DNA of 64,000 bases, from positions 33,633-97,632 of the forward strand of contig CAZUCF010000001.1 of NCBI GenBank assembly GCA_964619405.1, written 5' to 3'. The DNA comes from an uncultured archaeon. Lineage in GTDB: Archaea > Iainarchaeota > Iainarchaeia > Iainarchaeales > JAAZKV01. The notes under the pieces were generated by a model, which had not been told where the DNA came from, did not search any database, and saw only the letters and a program-made list of their open reading frames with translations. Shown one piece after another: positions 29,634-40,094 of this stretch (its first letter is position 1; the number at the start of each line of letters is the position of its first letter). A program made the position numbers and the translations under genes.

Positions 29634-29921
29634 ATGATTAAAATGACAAAAAAATATTTTTCAGAAAAAAAAGCACAAGGTGCAATAGAATACTTATTGA
29701 TTATTGGAGCAGCAATACTAGTAGTAGCAATAGTATCAATATCAATGGTAGGCGTAACAACAGGGGGCCTAGAAAAAACAGATGCTGATACAATAAGAGA
29801 CACAACACTAATACTAGAATGTCAAAAAGAATGCATTCAACAAGGTTACAGTTGGAACGGAATTAATTGTGAAGTAGAAACCAGTGAAAAATGCAATGAA
29901 TTTGGACCTAACCCAAATTAA
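29634..29921 (+). CDS. Pilin, class III signal peptide
   Basis: EKKA|QGAIEYLLIIGAAILVVAIV; CQKECIQQGYSWNGINC. Confidence 0.9.
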   Translation: MIKMTKKYFSEKKAQGAIEYLLIIGAAILVVAIVSISMVGVTTGGLEKTDADTIRDTTLILECQKECIQQGYSWNGINCEVETSEKCNEFGPNPN

Positions 29922-29970
29922 ATCTAATTTTCAGCAACAATTAAATATCACTTAATTAATACTATTTCTT

Positions 29971-30261
29971 ATGAATAATAACAAGAGCAATAATAGAGGA
30001 CAAACCGCAATAGAATACTTATTGATTATTGGAGCAGCAGTACTACTAGTAGCAATAGTAATAATTTTTATTTCACAAGCAATTGCAACTGGTTCAGACA
30101 CTGGTGGGGAAAACACTTACCAATATTTGTGCGTAACACTTGATTCAAACACATTGGATTGCGGTTGTTATTTAGGAGAAACCAATAGAGGCGGAGCAAC
30201 TAATGACTTATGTTGTGCAAAACCCCAAAGTATTTTACGCTCAAAATGGACTTGTGGTTAA
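29971..30261 (+). CDS. Pilin, class III signal peptide
   Basis: NRG|QTAIEYLLIIGAAVLLVAIV; six Cys in the C-domain. Confidence 0.9.
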   Translation: MNNNKSNNRGQTAIEYLLIIGAAVLLVAIVIIFISQAIATGSDTGGENTYQYLCVTLDSNTLDCGCYLGETNRGGATNDLCCAKPQSILRSKWTCG

Positions 30262-30454
30262 ATTGAATAAAAAAAATCTTTTTGAAGAAGAAAAAGCACA
30301 AGTTGCTTTCGAGTATTTGTTAACAGCAGTATTTGGAATAATATTAACAATAGGAACAGCCTTAATATTAGAAACATTAAGACAACTAGCATTAAAAGCG
30401 CAAACCGATTTTTTGAATGAACGAACAAGAGTAATAGAAAATCTTTTACAATAA
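30254..30454 (+). CDS. Small pilin-like protein, class III signal peptide
   Basis: EEKA|QVAFEYLLTAVFGIILTIG; GTG (30254) or TTG (30263) start. Confidence 0.8.
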   Translation: MVKLNKKNLFEEEKAQVAFEYLLTAVFGIILTIGTALILETLRQLALKAQTDFLNERTRVIENLLQ

Positions 30455-30672
30455 AAAAGCAATCAAAATAAAAATCACAAAAAAGCAAAACTAAAAAAAT
30501 ATCAAACAAATAATAAAAATTAAAAACTACAAAACAAACAACAAAAATTAAAAACTATCAAACAAATAATACGACTTCATATTATTAAAAAGATTAATTA
30601 ATTTTTTTATATTGGTTCAAAATCAAATAAGATATTTTTTTAAATTGGAAAAACCTTATTTAATAGATAAAG

Positions 30673-31767
30673 ATGTTTTTTCTCACAGCAATAATAATTT
30701 CTTTGATTGGTTTGCTTGGCGCAACATACACTGATTTAACAGAAAGAATTGTTCCAAACAAACTAAATTTTGGTTTAATTATAACAGGACTATTAATATA
30801 TTCAATTCAATCAATATACATGCAAAATATTTTCCCCATAATTTATTCTATTTTTGGGTTGTGTTTTGGATTCTTTTTTGGTTGGACACTATGGAAACTA
30901 GGTGTTTTTGCTGGAGGAGATGTAAAATTATTCATGGCATTAGGCACATTAAATCCTTTCACCCCAGCATTAATCAAAGTTGGTTTTTTAACAAATATTA
31001 GTTACCCAATAATGCCAATAAGTTTATTCATTTATTCTTTACTTGCTTTTCTACCATACGGAATAATAGTAATAATACACAAATTATTGAAAAACAAAAA
31101 AGAAAGAAAAAAAATATTTTTGGAATTAAAACAAAAAACAATACTCGCGACACACACCTCAATATTTATTTCAGGAGCATATGTTATTACAACAATAATT
31201 ACAACAAACAATTTTTTGAATTTGATAATTATTTTTACAGCACTAATAATATGGAATTTTTTAAAACAAAGAAAAAAATATTTAACTATTATTTTTGCAT
31301 TAATTGGATTAATAATAAATTATTTGACAATGATTGAATACTTGATAATACTAATAATACTTTTTGTTGGATTATATGGTTTGATAAGAATATTATTTTT
31401 AATGAAACCATTACTCTCAAAAAAAATATTTATTAATGATTTAGAAGAAGGCATGATTCCAAGCAAAACATTGATGTGGAAAGGCAAAAAAGTTATTGAA
31501 AAAAAACAATTAAGTCTTAAAGAACTAATACGAAAAATGAAAAACAAAGAAATAGTTTCAAGCGAAAAAGAAATTATTTCTTCGATGAAAGCAAGGGGCC
31601 TGACAATTGAAGAAATTAATACATTAAAAAAGTTATCCAAAAAAGGATTAATATCAAAAACACTTCTTGTAAAAGATTCAATCCCTTTTGTCCCAACAAT
31701 ATTATTAGGATATATTTTGTGCTTGATTTTAGGAGATTTTATAATCCAGATAGTGTTATTCATATAA
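30673..31767 (+). CDS. A24 prepilin peptidase (EppA/PibD/FlaK-like, with extra TM segments)
   Basis: YTDLTERIVPN (first Asp), FAGGDVKL (second Asp), LEEGMIP and IPFVPTI C-terminal motifs. Confidence 0.92.
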   Translation: MFFLTAIIISLIGLLGATYTDLTERIVPNKLNFGLIITGLLIYSIQSIYMQNIFPIIYSIFGLCFGFFFGWTLWKLGVFAGGDVKLFMALGTLNPFTPALIKVGFLTNISYPIMPISLFIYSLLAFLPYGIIVIIHKLLKNKKERKKIFLELKQKTILATHTSIFISGAYVITTIITTNNFLNLIIIFTALIIWNFLKQRKKYLTIIFALIGLIINYLTMIEYLIILIILFVGLYGLIRILFLMKPLLSKKIFINDLEEGMIPSKTLMWKGKKVIEKKQLSLKELIRKMKNKEIVSSEKEIISSMKARGLTIEEINTLKKLSKKGLISKTLLVKDSIPFVPTILLGYILCLILGDFIIQIVLFI

Positions 31768-31776
31768 GGTGAAAAA

Positions 31777-32229
31777 ATGCGAGGACAAGCAACCATAGAA
31801 TTTATTTTTATAATATTAATAGTAATTGTTTACATTTTTAGTGTAACAAAACCATTAATAGAAAACGCGCAAGGAGTAATTGAAGATATTGAAAACATTT
31901 CTAAAACAAATTACGCAACACAACAAATAGTTAACACAACAAATAAAATAGCTTTACTAGGAACAAATTCAAAAGAAACTATTACATTATTTATTCCAAA
32001 CAATTCTAAAATAATTTGTCAAGAAAATGGTTTTAGTTACCAAATTGAAATAAACAAAACAGGAAACAACCCAACTATCTTACTTTGCCCACAAAATATT
32101 TGTGAAAAACGTTTTGAAATACTTGAAGGATTTACAATTAACTGTGAAGAAGACCTATTTGGATACGGAATAAAAAAAATAGCAATAGAAAAAATTGAAA
32201 AAAATAAAATAAAAATAAATAATGGGTGA
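31777..32229 (+). CDS. Minor pilin-like protein, class III signal peptide
   Basis: MRG|QATIEFIFIILIVIV; SD GGTGA at 31768-31772. Confidence 0.85.
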   Translation: MRGQATIEFIFIILIVIVYIFSVTKPLIENAQGVIEDIENISKTNYATQQIVNTTNKIALLGTNSKETITLFIPNNSKIICQENGFSYQIEINKTGNNPTILLCPQNICEKRFEILEGFTINCEEDLFGYGIKKIAIEKIEKNKIKINNG

Positions 32230-32563
32230 ATTTTTGAGAGGCCAAGTATCTTTTGAAGTATTATTACTTATTCTACTAGTTGTCATAATAGCAATAACCA
32301 TGACTAATTTATTCATACAAACAAATGACACTACTAATGCTTACTTGTTAATAAGAAACGAGTTCTTGTTACAAACAAATGTAAAAAATGAAGAAATAAT
32401 ATTAGAACAAATTTATTTCGTACAAGAAGATACACCCACTTTTTACATAAAAACAATTCCAATTATAATAAATTCTAACGACATAAATCTTACATTAATT
32501 GAAGACAAGGTTAACAAAATGACAAATTTCAAAAACACTAAAATAAAAATTAATGCAGAATAA
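32222..32563 (+). CDS. Minor pilin-like protein, class III signal peptide
   Basis: LRG|QVSFEVLLLILLVVIIAI. Confidence 0.85.
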   Translation: MGEFLRGQVSFEVLLLILLVVIIAITMTNLFIQTNDTTNAYLLIRNEFLLQTNVKNEEIILEQIYFVQEDTPTFYIKTIPIIINSNDINLTLIEDKVNKMTNFKNTKIKINAE

Positions 32564-32742
32564 AAATTAATACAGAATAAAAAAATAAGTAATATACTAT
32601 AAAAAAACAAATCTAATACATTTAAATTTAATCAAAAACTAACTATATAATTTAATTTATTTAACAAAACTTCAATATAAAAAAGACGACAATTAACGAA
32701 AAAGTGCTTTGGTTTTTTTAAACTTAATTATATAAAAAAATT

Positions 32743-33069
32743 ATGAATGAAAGAAATATTACCCAAATTTGTATCATCATATCAATAATTGGTTTAATTT
32801 TTTTTGTTTTTTGTTACGAAGAAGAATTCCCAGAAAAAACAATAAGTGAAATGATTTCAAATATTGGAACAAAAGGAAAACTAATTGGAAAAGTAGAATA
32901 CATAATAAATAATGAGCCATTAATTTTTATTCTCCAAAACGAAGAAAAAATAAAAGTTTTTTACCCAAAAAAAATTGAGTTAAAAAAAAATGATATTGTA
33001 GAAGTATTCGGAGAAACCACTATTTACAATAACGAAATTGAGATTTTTGCTCAAAGGGTAACAAAATGA
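32743..33069 (+). CDS. Membrane-anchored OB-fold protein
   Basis: N-terminal TM; LIGKVEYI...LKKNDIVEVFGETTIYNNEIEIFAQRV OB-fold pattern. Confidence 0.75.
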   Translation: MNERNITQICIIISIIGLIFFVFCYEEEFPEKTISEMISNIGTKGKLIGKVEYIINNEPLIFILQNEEKIKVFYPKKIELKKNDIVEVFGETTIYNNEIEIFAQRVTK

Positions 33070-34244
33070 TTACTTACTTGTTACTTGGAATAATAGCTGG
33101 CACAACCGCAGGATTAATTCCTGGCATACACACAAACAATATAACACTAATAGTTTTCCTAACACCACTCTTTGGAAACAATGCAACAGTTTTTGTTTTG
33201 AGCATGATAACAACACAAAGCTTTGTTGACTTCATACCAACAATATTTATTGGAGCGGCAAGCGAAAACTCTTTTGAAGGAATATTGCCTGGACACAAAA
33301 TGTTCATGCAAGGAAAAGCACACGAAGCAATAATGCTAACTGTTTTTGGAGGAATAATAGCAACAATAATTTCAATACTTGTGTTTCCGTTTTTCATCAA
33401 AAGCATTGAATTTTATTCCACAAATTTTGAAATAATAATTCCAATGATATTAATTTTTTCAATAATAACACTAATACTCACTGAAAACACTAAACAAAAA
33501 AAATTAATTGCTATTTTTGTAATAATTGTTGCTACAACACAAGGAATATTATTCAAAGACCAAATTTTCCCATTAATAAGTGGTTATTTTGGTATTTCAA
33601 CATTAATTAATTCCACAATAAAAAAACAAATTTCACAAAAACAGGAAACTGAATTTGAAATACACAACGATAAAATAAAAGACGCTTTAACAGGAATTAT
33701 CGGAGGAGCAATAGTTGCTTTTGTGCCAGGAATAGGAAATAATTTAGCTGCCGCCATAATTAGATTGTTCAGACAAAAAATAAGAACGAAAAATTATTTG
33801 GTTTTATTAGGAAGTATAAACACTAGTAATTTTATTTTTTCTTTCCCAGTATTATTATTTTTATCAAAAACAAGGAACGGTGCAATGATTTTTTTAAAAG
33901 AAAGAATTCTTATTACAGAACAAACTATTTTGATTGGTTGCGCTACCATACTAATTTCTTCAGGAATAGCAGGAATCATAACAATAATTATTTCAAAAAA
34001 AATGTCCAAAAACAGTAATAATTCAAAATTTATAAAACTACAACAAAACAAAATCATCGAAAAAATAATTATTATACTTATTACAATACTTGTTTTATTC
34101 TTTAACGGGTTAATTGGTTTAATAGCATTAATTTTTTCAACAGCATTAGGATTAATAACAATAAACACTAAAACAAAAAGAAGTAATTGCCTAGCATTTT
34201 TGATAATACCAGTCCTATTTTTCTACCTTTACCAATTAATATAA
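33066..34244 (+). CDS. TctA-like (DUF112) multi-pass permease
   Basis: GLIPGIHTN, FVDFIPTIFIG, LPGHKM..GKAHEAI, AFVPGIG internal repeat. Confidence 0.88.
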   Translation: MITYLLLGIIAGTTAGLIPGIHTNNITLIVFLTPLFGNNATVFVLSMITTQSFVDFIPTIFIGAASENSFEGILPGHKMFMQGKAHEAIMLTVFGGIIATIISILVFPFFIKSIEFYSTNFEIIIPMILIFSIITLILTENTKQKKLIAIFVIIVATTQGILFKDQIFPLISGYFGISTLINSTIKKQISQKQETEFEIHNDKIKDALTGIIGGAIVAFVPGIGNNLAAAIIRLFRQKIRTKNYLVLLGSINTSNFIFSFPVLLFLSKTRNGAMIFLKERILITEQTILIGCATILISSGIAGIITIIISKKMSKNSNNSKFIKLQQNKIIEKIIIILITILVLFFNGLIGLIALIFSTALGLITINTKTKRSNCLAFLIIPVLFFYLYQLI

Positions 34245-34246
34245 TT

Positions 34247-34612
34247 ATGTGGCACATAAAAAAAAGTTTGTTAGAAGATATAATCCAATCATCAAAAAAT
34301 TATTTACCTGATGAATTCCTATGCTTTTTAGGAAGCAATACACAAAAACAAGAAATAATAGAAATAATTTTTTTACCCAATCAAAGTGATGAATCATCAA
34401 CCAGCATAAACATGAATGCTTTCCCAAGCGATGCAACAATAATAGGTAGCGCTCACTCACACCCAAATAGCAGTATTTTGCCAAGCAATGCAGACAAAAA
34501 ATTCTTTAAAAGATTCAAAATTAATATAATAATAGGGTTAAATAAATTTGAAACCAGAATAGGGTTTTATAATGAAAAAACCAACAAGATAGAAGTGAAA
34601 ATAATTGATTAG
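34247..34612 (+). CDS. JAMM/MPN+ (Mov34) metalloprotease
   Basis: PDEF (catalytic Glu) and GSAHSHPNSSILPSNAD matching E...HxHx7Sx2D. Confidence 0.9.
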   Translation: MWHIKKSLLEDIIQSSKNYLPDEFLCFLGSNTQKQEIIEIIFLPNQSDESSTSINMNAFPSDATIIGSAHSHPNSSILPSNADKKFFKRFKINIIIGLNKFETRIGFYNEKTNKIEVKIID

Positions 34613-34648
34613 ACAAAGTTAAAAAGAAAAAAAGAGTTGAATTATTAC

Positions 34649-35029
34649 ATGAAAGGACAAGTAAGTTTAGATTTGTTACTAACAATACTAGCATTAGTAA
34701 TATTTATTAGCACAACAACAATGATAATTAACGAAATAAAACAAAACAATGAACTAATCATATTAGATAATAAATTAAAAATAATTGCAAATGATTACTC
34801 GTCATTAATAACAACAAGTGAATTATTAATTGATTTTAATTATGAAATAAGAAAAAATTTAGATGTTGTTATTTTTAAAGGGAAAAAAACTATTCCAGAG
34901 TTAACAACCAATAATGAAAAACTTATTTTAAATATTAGTGAATACAAACGAACAATTGAAACAAATATTCCAACAAACAATAAAACAATTAAACAAGAAG
35001 AACAATTTTTGGTGATCACAAATGAATAA
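34649..35029 (+). CDS. Minor pilin-like protein, class III signal peptide
   Basis: MKG|QVSLDLLLTILALVIFI. Confidence 0.82.
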   Translation: MKGQVSLDLLLTILALVIFISTTTMIINEIKQNNELIILDNKLKIIANDYSSLITTSELLIDFNYEIRKNLDVVIFKGKKTIPELTTNNEKLILNISEYKRTIETNIPTNNKTIKQEEQFLVITNE

Positions 35030-35498
35030 AGGTCAAATTTTTTCACTTGATTTTTTGCTAGCAACAATAATTATGATAATATTTATTGGAACAACAATAA
35101 ATGCTTTTGAAACTAGAACATATTTAATAAAAGAAGAAATTAATTCAGATATTCTAATACAAAACAGCAATTCAGCTTTTATCGCACTAACTAATGGAAT
35201 TTATTCTTGTAAAACTGAAAATTATATTAGTTTACCATTTACAATAAATGAAACCGTTTTAAATTCAAAAAATATTGGTGAATTGAAAGCAAGCATTGGT
35301 TTGCAAGACAAAAACATCTCATTAGAAATAAATGGAACAAAAGTGTTTGATGAAATTAATCAAAAAGAAACAATTATTGCAATTGAAAACGAAGTTCTTT
35401 TTTGTAATAATATAATAGAACTTAAAGATTTAGAAGATTGCTTAAATGGAAATTGTATTTTTGAAAAGAAAAAAATTATTTTAATGGTGGAAAAATGA
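35022..35498 (+). CDS. Minor pilin-like protein, class III signal peptide
   Basis: MNKG|QIFSLDFLLATIIMIIFI. Confidence 0.82.
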   Translation: MNKGQIFSLDFLLATIIMIIFIGTTINAFETRTYLIKEEINSDILIQNSNSAFIALTNGIYSCKTENYISLPFTINETVLNSKNIGELKASIGLQDKNISLEINGTKVFDEINQKETIIAIENEVLFCNNIIELKDLEDCLNGNCIFEKKKIILMVEK

Positions 35499-35770
35499 AA
35501 GGCTTTCTTTTTTCTATTGAAGCATTAATAACAATAATATTATTGATTTCAACTATTACCATCATATGGACTTATTTTGATTATAATTATAATACAAACT
35601 TTTTAACAACAAACTCAAAAATTAATACAATCAACGCATTTTATTTTAATGATTATTCTAAATCAACCGCGAATGATTCAAATTTGAATATTAATTTTTG
35701 TTCCAAAATAATAATTTATAATAATCAAAAAGAATTTGAGGAAAAAACTTTTTGCGAGGGAATAAAATGA
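35495..35770 (+). CDS. Minor pilin-like protein
   Basis: MKG|FLFSIEALITIILLI. Confidence 0.78.
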   Translation: MKGFLFSIEALITIILLISTITIIWTYFDYNYNTNFLTTNSKINTINAFYFNDYSKSTANDSNLNINFCSKIIIYNNQKEFEEKTFCEGIK

Positions 35771-36174
35771 ATAAAAAAGGTTTTGCAACAGTGCTTGTCG
35801 GGATAAGCATTTTTTTTGTAACAATAATAATGCTTAGTAGCAATTATTACCAAGAAGAAAGAATAGATTACTCGCAAATAATAATTGACTCTAAAATAAA
35901 AATAACTAATTATGAAATTGTTTTGAATCAAGCAATACAAGATTGTAATTGGCAAAAACCTAATAATGAAATACAAAATTGTGTTAATTTAAAAGCAAAT
36001 AATTTAAAACAAGAAATTTTTGATGAAATGAATAAGTGTGAACAAGAAGATTTTATTTTTAATGACATAAATTCACTAATTGGGAAAATAAATTGTCACA
36101 ATGACATAAATATTAACAAAACATTTTTTTCAATAGATTTAAACAAAAATATTATTCTCAAAAGGTACAAGTGA
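35767..36174 (+). CDS. Minor pilin-like protein
   Basis: MNKKG|FATVLVGISIFFVTIIML; ATGA overlap. Confidence 0.72.
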   Translation: MNKKGFATVLVGISIFFVTIIMLSSNYYQEERIDYSQIIIDSKIKITNYEIVLNQAIQDCNWQKPNNEIQNCVNLKANNLKQEIFDEMNKCEQEDFIFNDINSLIGKINCHNDININKTFFSIDLNKNIILKRYK

Positions 36175-36207
36175 GGTTATTTATACCTTTTCTTGGAAAA
36201 CTAATTT

Positions 36208-37959
36208 ATGGAAACAAAAAAAAGAATTGCTGTTATTGACTACGAAAAATGCAATTTTGAGAAATGCGGGATGTACTTGTGCCAAAAAGTTTGCCCATTA
36301 AATAGGAATGGTAAAGAATGTATTACCTTTGAAAAAAATGAGAAACCGCAAATATCAGAAGAACTATGCATTGGTTGCGAGATTTGTCAAAACAGGTGTC
36401 CTTTCAAAGCAATAAGTATTCTAAACATAGCATTTAATCTTGACAACCCAATACACTCTTACGGAAAAAACATGTTCAGATTACATGGCTTACCCATTCC
36501 AAAAGAAGAAAACACTATTGGTTTAATAGGAAGAAATGGTATTGGAAAAACAACAATTCTAAAAATACTTTCAGGAAATCTTATACCAAATTTAAACGAA
36601 GAAAATAATAACCAAGAAAAAGTTCTTGAATATTTTAAAGGCAAAGAAGCCCAATCTTTTTTTGAAAAAGTTTATTCAGGAAAAAACAGGATTGCATTAA
36701 AACCACAAAATATTGAAGTAATAAATGCAAAAGGAAAAGTAATTGACTTATTAAAAAAAGTTGATGAAACAAATAATTTAGAAGAAGTAATAAATGATTT
36801 AGATTTAAAACAAATACTAAATAGAAACGCTGAAGATTTATCAGGAGGAGAATTCCAAAAAATAGCTATTGCTGCAACAGGACTAAAAGATGCCGAACTA
36901 TATTTTTTTGATGAGCCAACATCCTTCCTTGATATTAGAGAAAGACTAAGAGTAGCAAAATTCATCAGAAAAATTTCTGAAAAAAAATCAGTAATGGTAG
37001 TAGAACACGACTTAATATTATTAGATTATTTAAGTGATTTTGTACATTTAATCTATGGAAAACCAAGAGTATACGGATTGGTTTCACAAATCAAAACAAC
37101 TAGAGAAGGAATAAATGATTACCTTGAAGGTTACTCAAAAGAAGAGAATTTTAGGTTCAGAGAATACAAAATAGATTTCTTTTCAAATTTTAAAAACGAG
37201 AACTCACAAAAAAAAGAAAAGATGATTGAATGGCCGACACTAGAAAAAACACTTGGTTCATTCAAATTAAATGTAGAAGCAAAATCAATTAATGAGAACG
37301 ATGTTGTTGGAATAGTTGGGCCTAATGGAATAGGAAAAACAACTTTTATGAAAATACTCGCTCAAGAAATAAAACCAGATAATACAAATTTAGAGAAAAA
37401 AGTAAAAATTTCTTACAAACCCCAATATGTTTCGTACACTGGTGAAAAAACTGTTCGAGAATTATTTGATGATAATGAATTAGAAAAAATAAAAAACACT
37501 TTAATAAAAAATCTTGAGATTGAAGAATTATTTGAAAAACAAGCTAAATTGTTATCGGGTGGAGAACTACAAAGAGTGTCTGTTGCATTGTGTTTATCAA
37601 AAAAAGCTGACTTGTACTTGTTAGACGAACCGTCTGCTTACTTAGATATAGAACAAAGATTAAACATTGGAAAAGTTATTAGAAATCATATTGCACTAAA
37701 CAAGTGCTCTGCAATAATAATTGACCATGATCTCACATTTATTGATTATGTGAGTGACAAAATAATGGTTTTTGAAGGAGAGCCAACAAGAAAAGGTATT
37801 GCAATGGGTCCTTTTGGGGTTGAAGACGGGATGAACAAACTATTAGAATACCTTGATATTACTGTGCGAAGAGACAACCAAACAAAGCGGCCAAGAATAA
37901 ATAAATTTGATTCAGTATTAGACAATGAACAAAAAAAATCAAAAAAATATTATAACTAA
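36208..37959 (+). CDS. Ribosome recycling ATPase ABCE1/RLI
   Basis: RIAVIDYEKC, Fe-S Cys motifs (CIGCEICQNRCPF), two ABC domains (GRNGIGKTT, GPNGIGKTT, LSGGE), RPRINK. Confidence 0.96.
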   Translation: METKKRIAVIDYEKCNFEKCGMYLCQKVCPLNRNGKECITFEKNEKPQISEELCIGCEICQNRCPFKAISILNIAFNLDNPIHSYGKNMFRLHGLPIPKEENTIGLIGRNGIGKTTILKILSGNLIPNLNEENNNQEKVLEYFKGKEAQSFFEKVYSGKNRIALKPQNIEVINAKGKVIDLLKKVDETNNLEEVINDLDLKQILNRNAEDLSGGEFQKIAIAATGLKDAELYFFDEPTSFLDIRERLRVAKFIRKISEKKSVMVVEHDLILLDYLSDFVHLIYGKPRVYGLVSQIKTTREGINDYLEGYSKEENFRFREYKIDFFSNFKNENSQKKEKMIEWPTLEKTLGSFKLNVEAKSINENDVVGIVGPNGIGKTTFMKILAQEIKPDNTNLEKKVKISYKPQYVSYTGEKTVRELFDDNELEKIKNTLIKNLEIEELFEKQAKLLSGGELQRVSVALCLSKKADLYLLDEPSAYLDIEQRLNIGKVIRNHIALNKCSAIIIDHDLTFIDYVSDKIMVFEGEPTRKGIAMGPFGVEDGMNKLLEYLDITVRRDNQTKRPRINKFDSVLDNEQKKSKKYYN

Positions 37960-37960
37960 C

Positions 37961-38362
37961 TTAACCAAAAATAGCTTTTTTTGATATTGGTGTTAAATCC
38001 ATTTTTTTTATTTCATCAATTGAAAAAAAACCGTGTTTTGAATGATCAACAGATGTTTTCAAAGAACCTTTTATCTCACAATTAAAAACCATTAAAAAAA
38101 GTGTTCCCTTAAAACCATTAAATTCTTCATAAAAAGAAAAAACTTTTTCTAAATTTGATTTAACACAATTACAACCAGTTTCCTCAAAAATCTCTCTATT
38201 CACAGCAACATCAATATTTTCACCAAACTCAACTTTGCCACCAGCTAACTGCCACTTACCCTTAAAAAAAGTGTTTTTATTACTTCTTTTGAGCAACAAA
38301 ATATTATTATTTGAATCTTTTATTATGGCTTCAACAATTGAAACACTTTCATTGCTTGTCAT
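37961..38362 (-). CDS. NUDIX hydrolase
   Basis: GGKVEFGENIDVAVNREIFEETG Nudix box. Confidence 0.93.
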   Translation of the reverse strand: MTSNESVSIVEAIIKDSNNNILLLKRSNKNTFFKGKWQLAGGKVEFGENIDVAVNREIFEETGCNCVKSNLEKVFSFYEEFNGFKGTLFLMVFNCEIKGSLKTSVDHSKHGFFSIDEIKKMDLTPISKKAIFG

Positions 38363-38417
38363 TCAAACTAATTCCCATTACGAATTTATTTAAAACCCTT
38401 CTCAAAACAATACTTTT

Positions 38418-39437
38418 ATGAAAATCATTAAAATTGATAAAAAGTTTAATCAAATCATAGTTGTTCCTGAAATAATTGATGATTTATGGCACTTAGAAAA
38501 AATAATTGAGAAAAACGATATTATCATTGGAAAAACAGATAGAAAAATAAAACCAAGCAAAGAAGGAGAAAAAACAATTAGACAAAACATTTTTGTAGAA
38601 TTAGAAGTACAAGACGCACATTTTCAAGAATTTAGCGAAAACTTAAAAATAAGCGGGGTGATACTTTCAGGAAGCCCAAAAGAATTCATTGAAATACATG
38701 CTCACCAAAGCCTCGACATAAAAACAAACGAAAAATTAAAAATTATTAAAAAACAAATAAAAAAATGGCATATAGAAAGATTAAAGAAAGCAGAGGAAAC
38801 AACTACAACAGAAATACTAACCATAATATTAGATGATGAAATAGCTGAATTAGCATTTATAAACCAATTTTCAATAAAGAAAAAAGCATTAATAAAATCA
38901 AACAAACAAGGAAAAATGTTTGAAGAACAAAAAAACACTTTCTTTGAAGAAATACTTGAAAAAATTATTTCAATAAAACCAAAAAAATTGTTTTTGGTTG
39001 GGCCTGGATTCACAAAAGATAATTTGAAAAAATTTATTGAAGAAAAAAAAGTTTTTTTAGGAACAATAATAATAGAAACAATTAATTCTATCGGAGAAAC
39101 TGGTTTAAGAGAATTAATTAGTTCTGGAAAACTATCAAATATTGAAAAAGAATTACAATTAACAAAAGAAAGCAAGATAATAGAAGAATTTTTAACAAAA
39201 TTATCAAAAAACAAGGCGGAATATGGAATAGAAAAAATTAATGAAGAAATAAAAAACGGTAGAATAGAAAAATTAATTGTTAGTGAGAGTTATTTAATGC
39301 AAAAAAGAGAAGAAACAGAAAAAATAATGGATTTAGCAGAAAAATTTGGAAGCGAAATAAATATCATTTCATCAAAAAACCCTCAAGAAAAAACAATTTA
39401 CAATATGGGCGGGATAGTCGCAACACTACGATACTAA
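38418..39437 (+). CDS. pelA: Pelota/Dom34 ribosome rescue factor
   Basis: PEIIDDLWHL, LVGPGFTKD, MGGIVATLRY C-terminus. Confidence 0.94.
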   Translation: MKIIKIDKKFNQIIVVPEIIDDLWHLEKIIEKNDIIIGKTDRKIKPSKEGEKTIRQNIFVELEVQDAHFQEFSENLKISGVILSGSPKEFIEIHAHQSLDIKTNEKLKIIKKQIKKWHIERLKKAEETTTTEILTIILDDEIAELAFINQFSIKKKALIKSNKQGKMFEEQKNTFFEEILEKIISIKPKKLFLVGPGFTKDNLKKFIEEKKVFLGTIIIETINSIGETGLRELISSGKLSNIEKELQLTKESKIIEEFLTKLSKNKAEYGIEKINEEIKNGRIEKLIVSESYLMQKREETEKIMDLAEKFGSEINIISSKNPQEKTIYNMGGIVATLRY

Positions 39438-39593
39438 ATAACAATCAATTAAATAATGAAACAACTTTCAATTAACTAATAAATAATTAAAAAAGTAAAA
39501 AAATAATTAAGCAACAAAAAAAACTAAACAACAAATAAAAAAATAAAAAGCAAAAATAATTAAACAATAATTAAAAAATAAATTTTTAATTAA

Positions 39594-39953
39594 CTAATCA
39601 GCTTTCAGTTCAAACCACTCAATTTTTTTTTCTTCAACTAGTTTTTTAATCTTTTTTTGAATCTCGCTTAATTGCGACTTGTTTGACTTGAATTCAATAA
39701 AAACAATTTTGTCATTTTCAAAAGAAACCCCGTCAATTGGTTTCCCAATAAAACGAAAATTTTGTGAATCATACGGATATTTATTAGAAAAAGGTATCCA
39801 TTGTTCGGTTAATTGACCATACTTAACACTTTGAGAACGCTTCAAGTATTGGATTGAAGCCACTTCCTCTTTTAAAGAAAAAACTTTTAAAAAAAGCAAG
39901 AAAATAATTATTACTAAAATTATTATTAAAAAAAATAGAAAAAATTCAAACAT
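39594..39953 (-). CDS. Membrane-anchored Holliday-junction-resolvase-like PD-(D/E)xK protein (Endonuc_Holl-like)
   Basis: N-terminal TM; SVKYGQLTEQ, FRFIGKPID, FIEFKS, LSEIQKKIK. Confidence 0.82.
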   Translation of the reverse strand: MFEFFLFFLIIILVIIIFLLFLKVFSLKEEVASIQYLKRSQSVKYGQLTEQWIPFSNKYPYDSQNFRFIGKPIDGVSFENDKIVFIEFKSNKSQLSEIQKKIKKLVEEKKIEWFELKAD

Positions 39954-40094
39954 AAATGATTAATGCTTTCCAAATTATTAAACATTTCTCAATTAAAATA
40001 AAACAAATTTTAATCTCTTTTTGTTTTTGTTGGTTTAAATTGAATTTGATAATTATTTTTTGTTATTTATAATTAATGAATAATTTAATTATTT

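Noticed and set aside
19759..36174. Archaellum (motility) operon
   Set aside because: No archaellin, ArlH/FlaH or ArlF/G recognisable; pilin type and two Tad-like proteins indicate a type IV pilus
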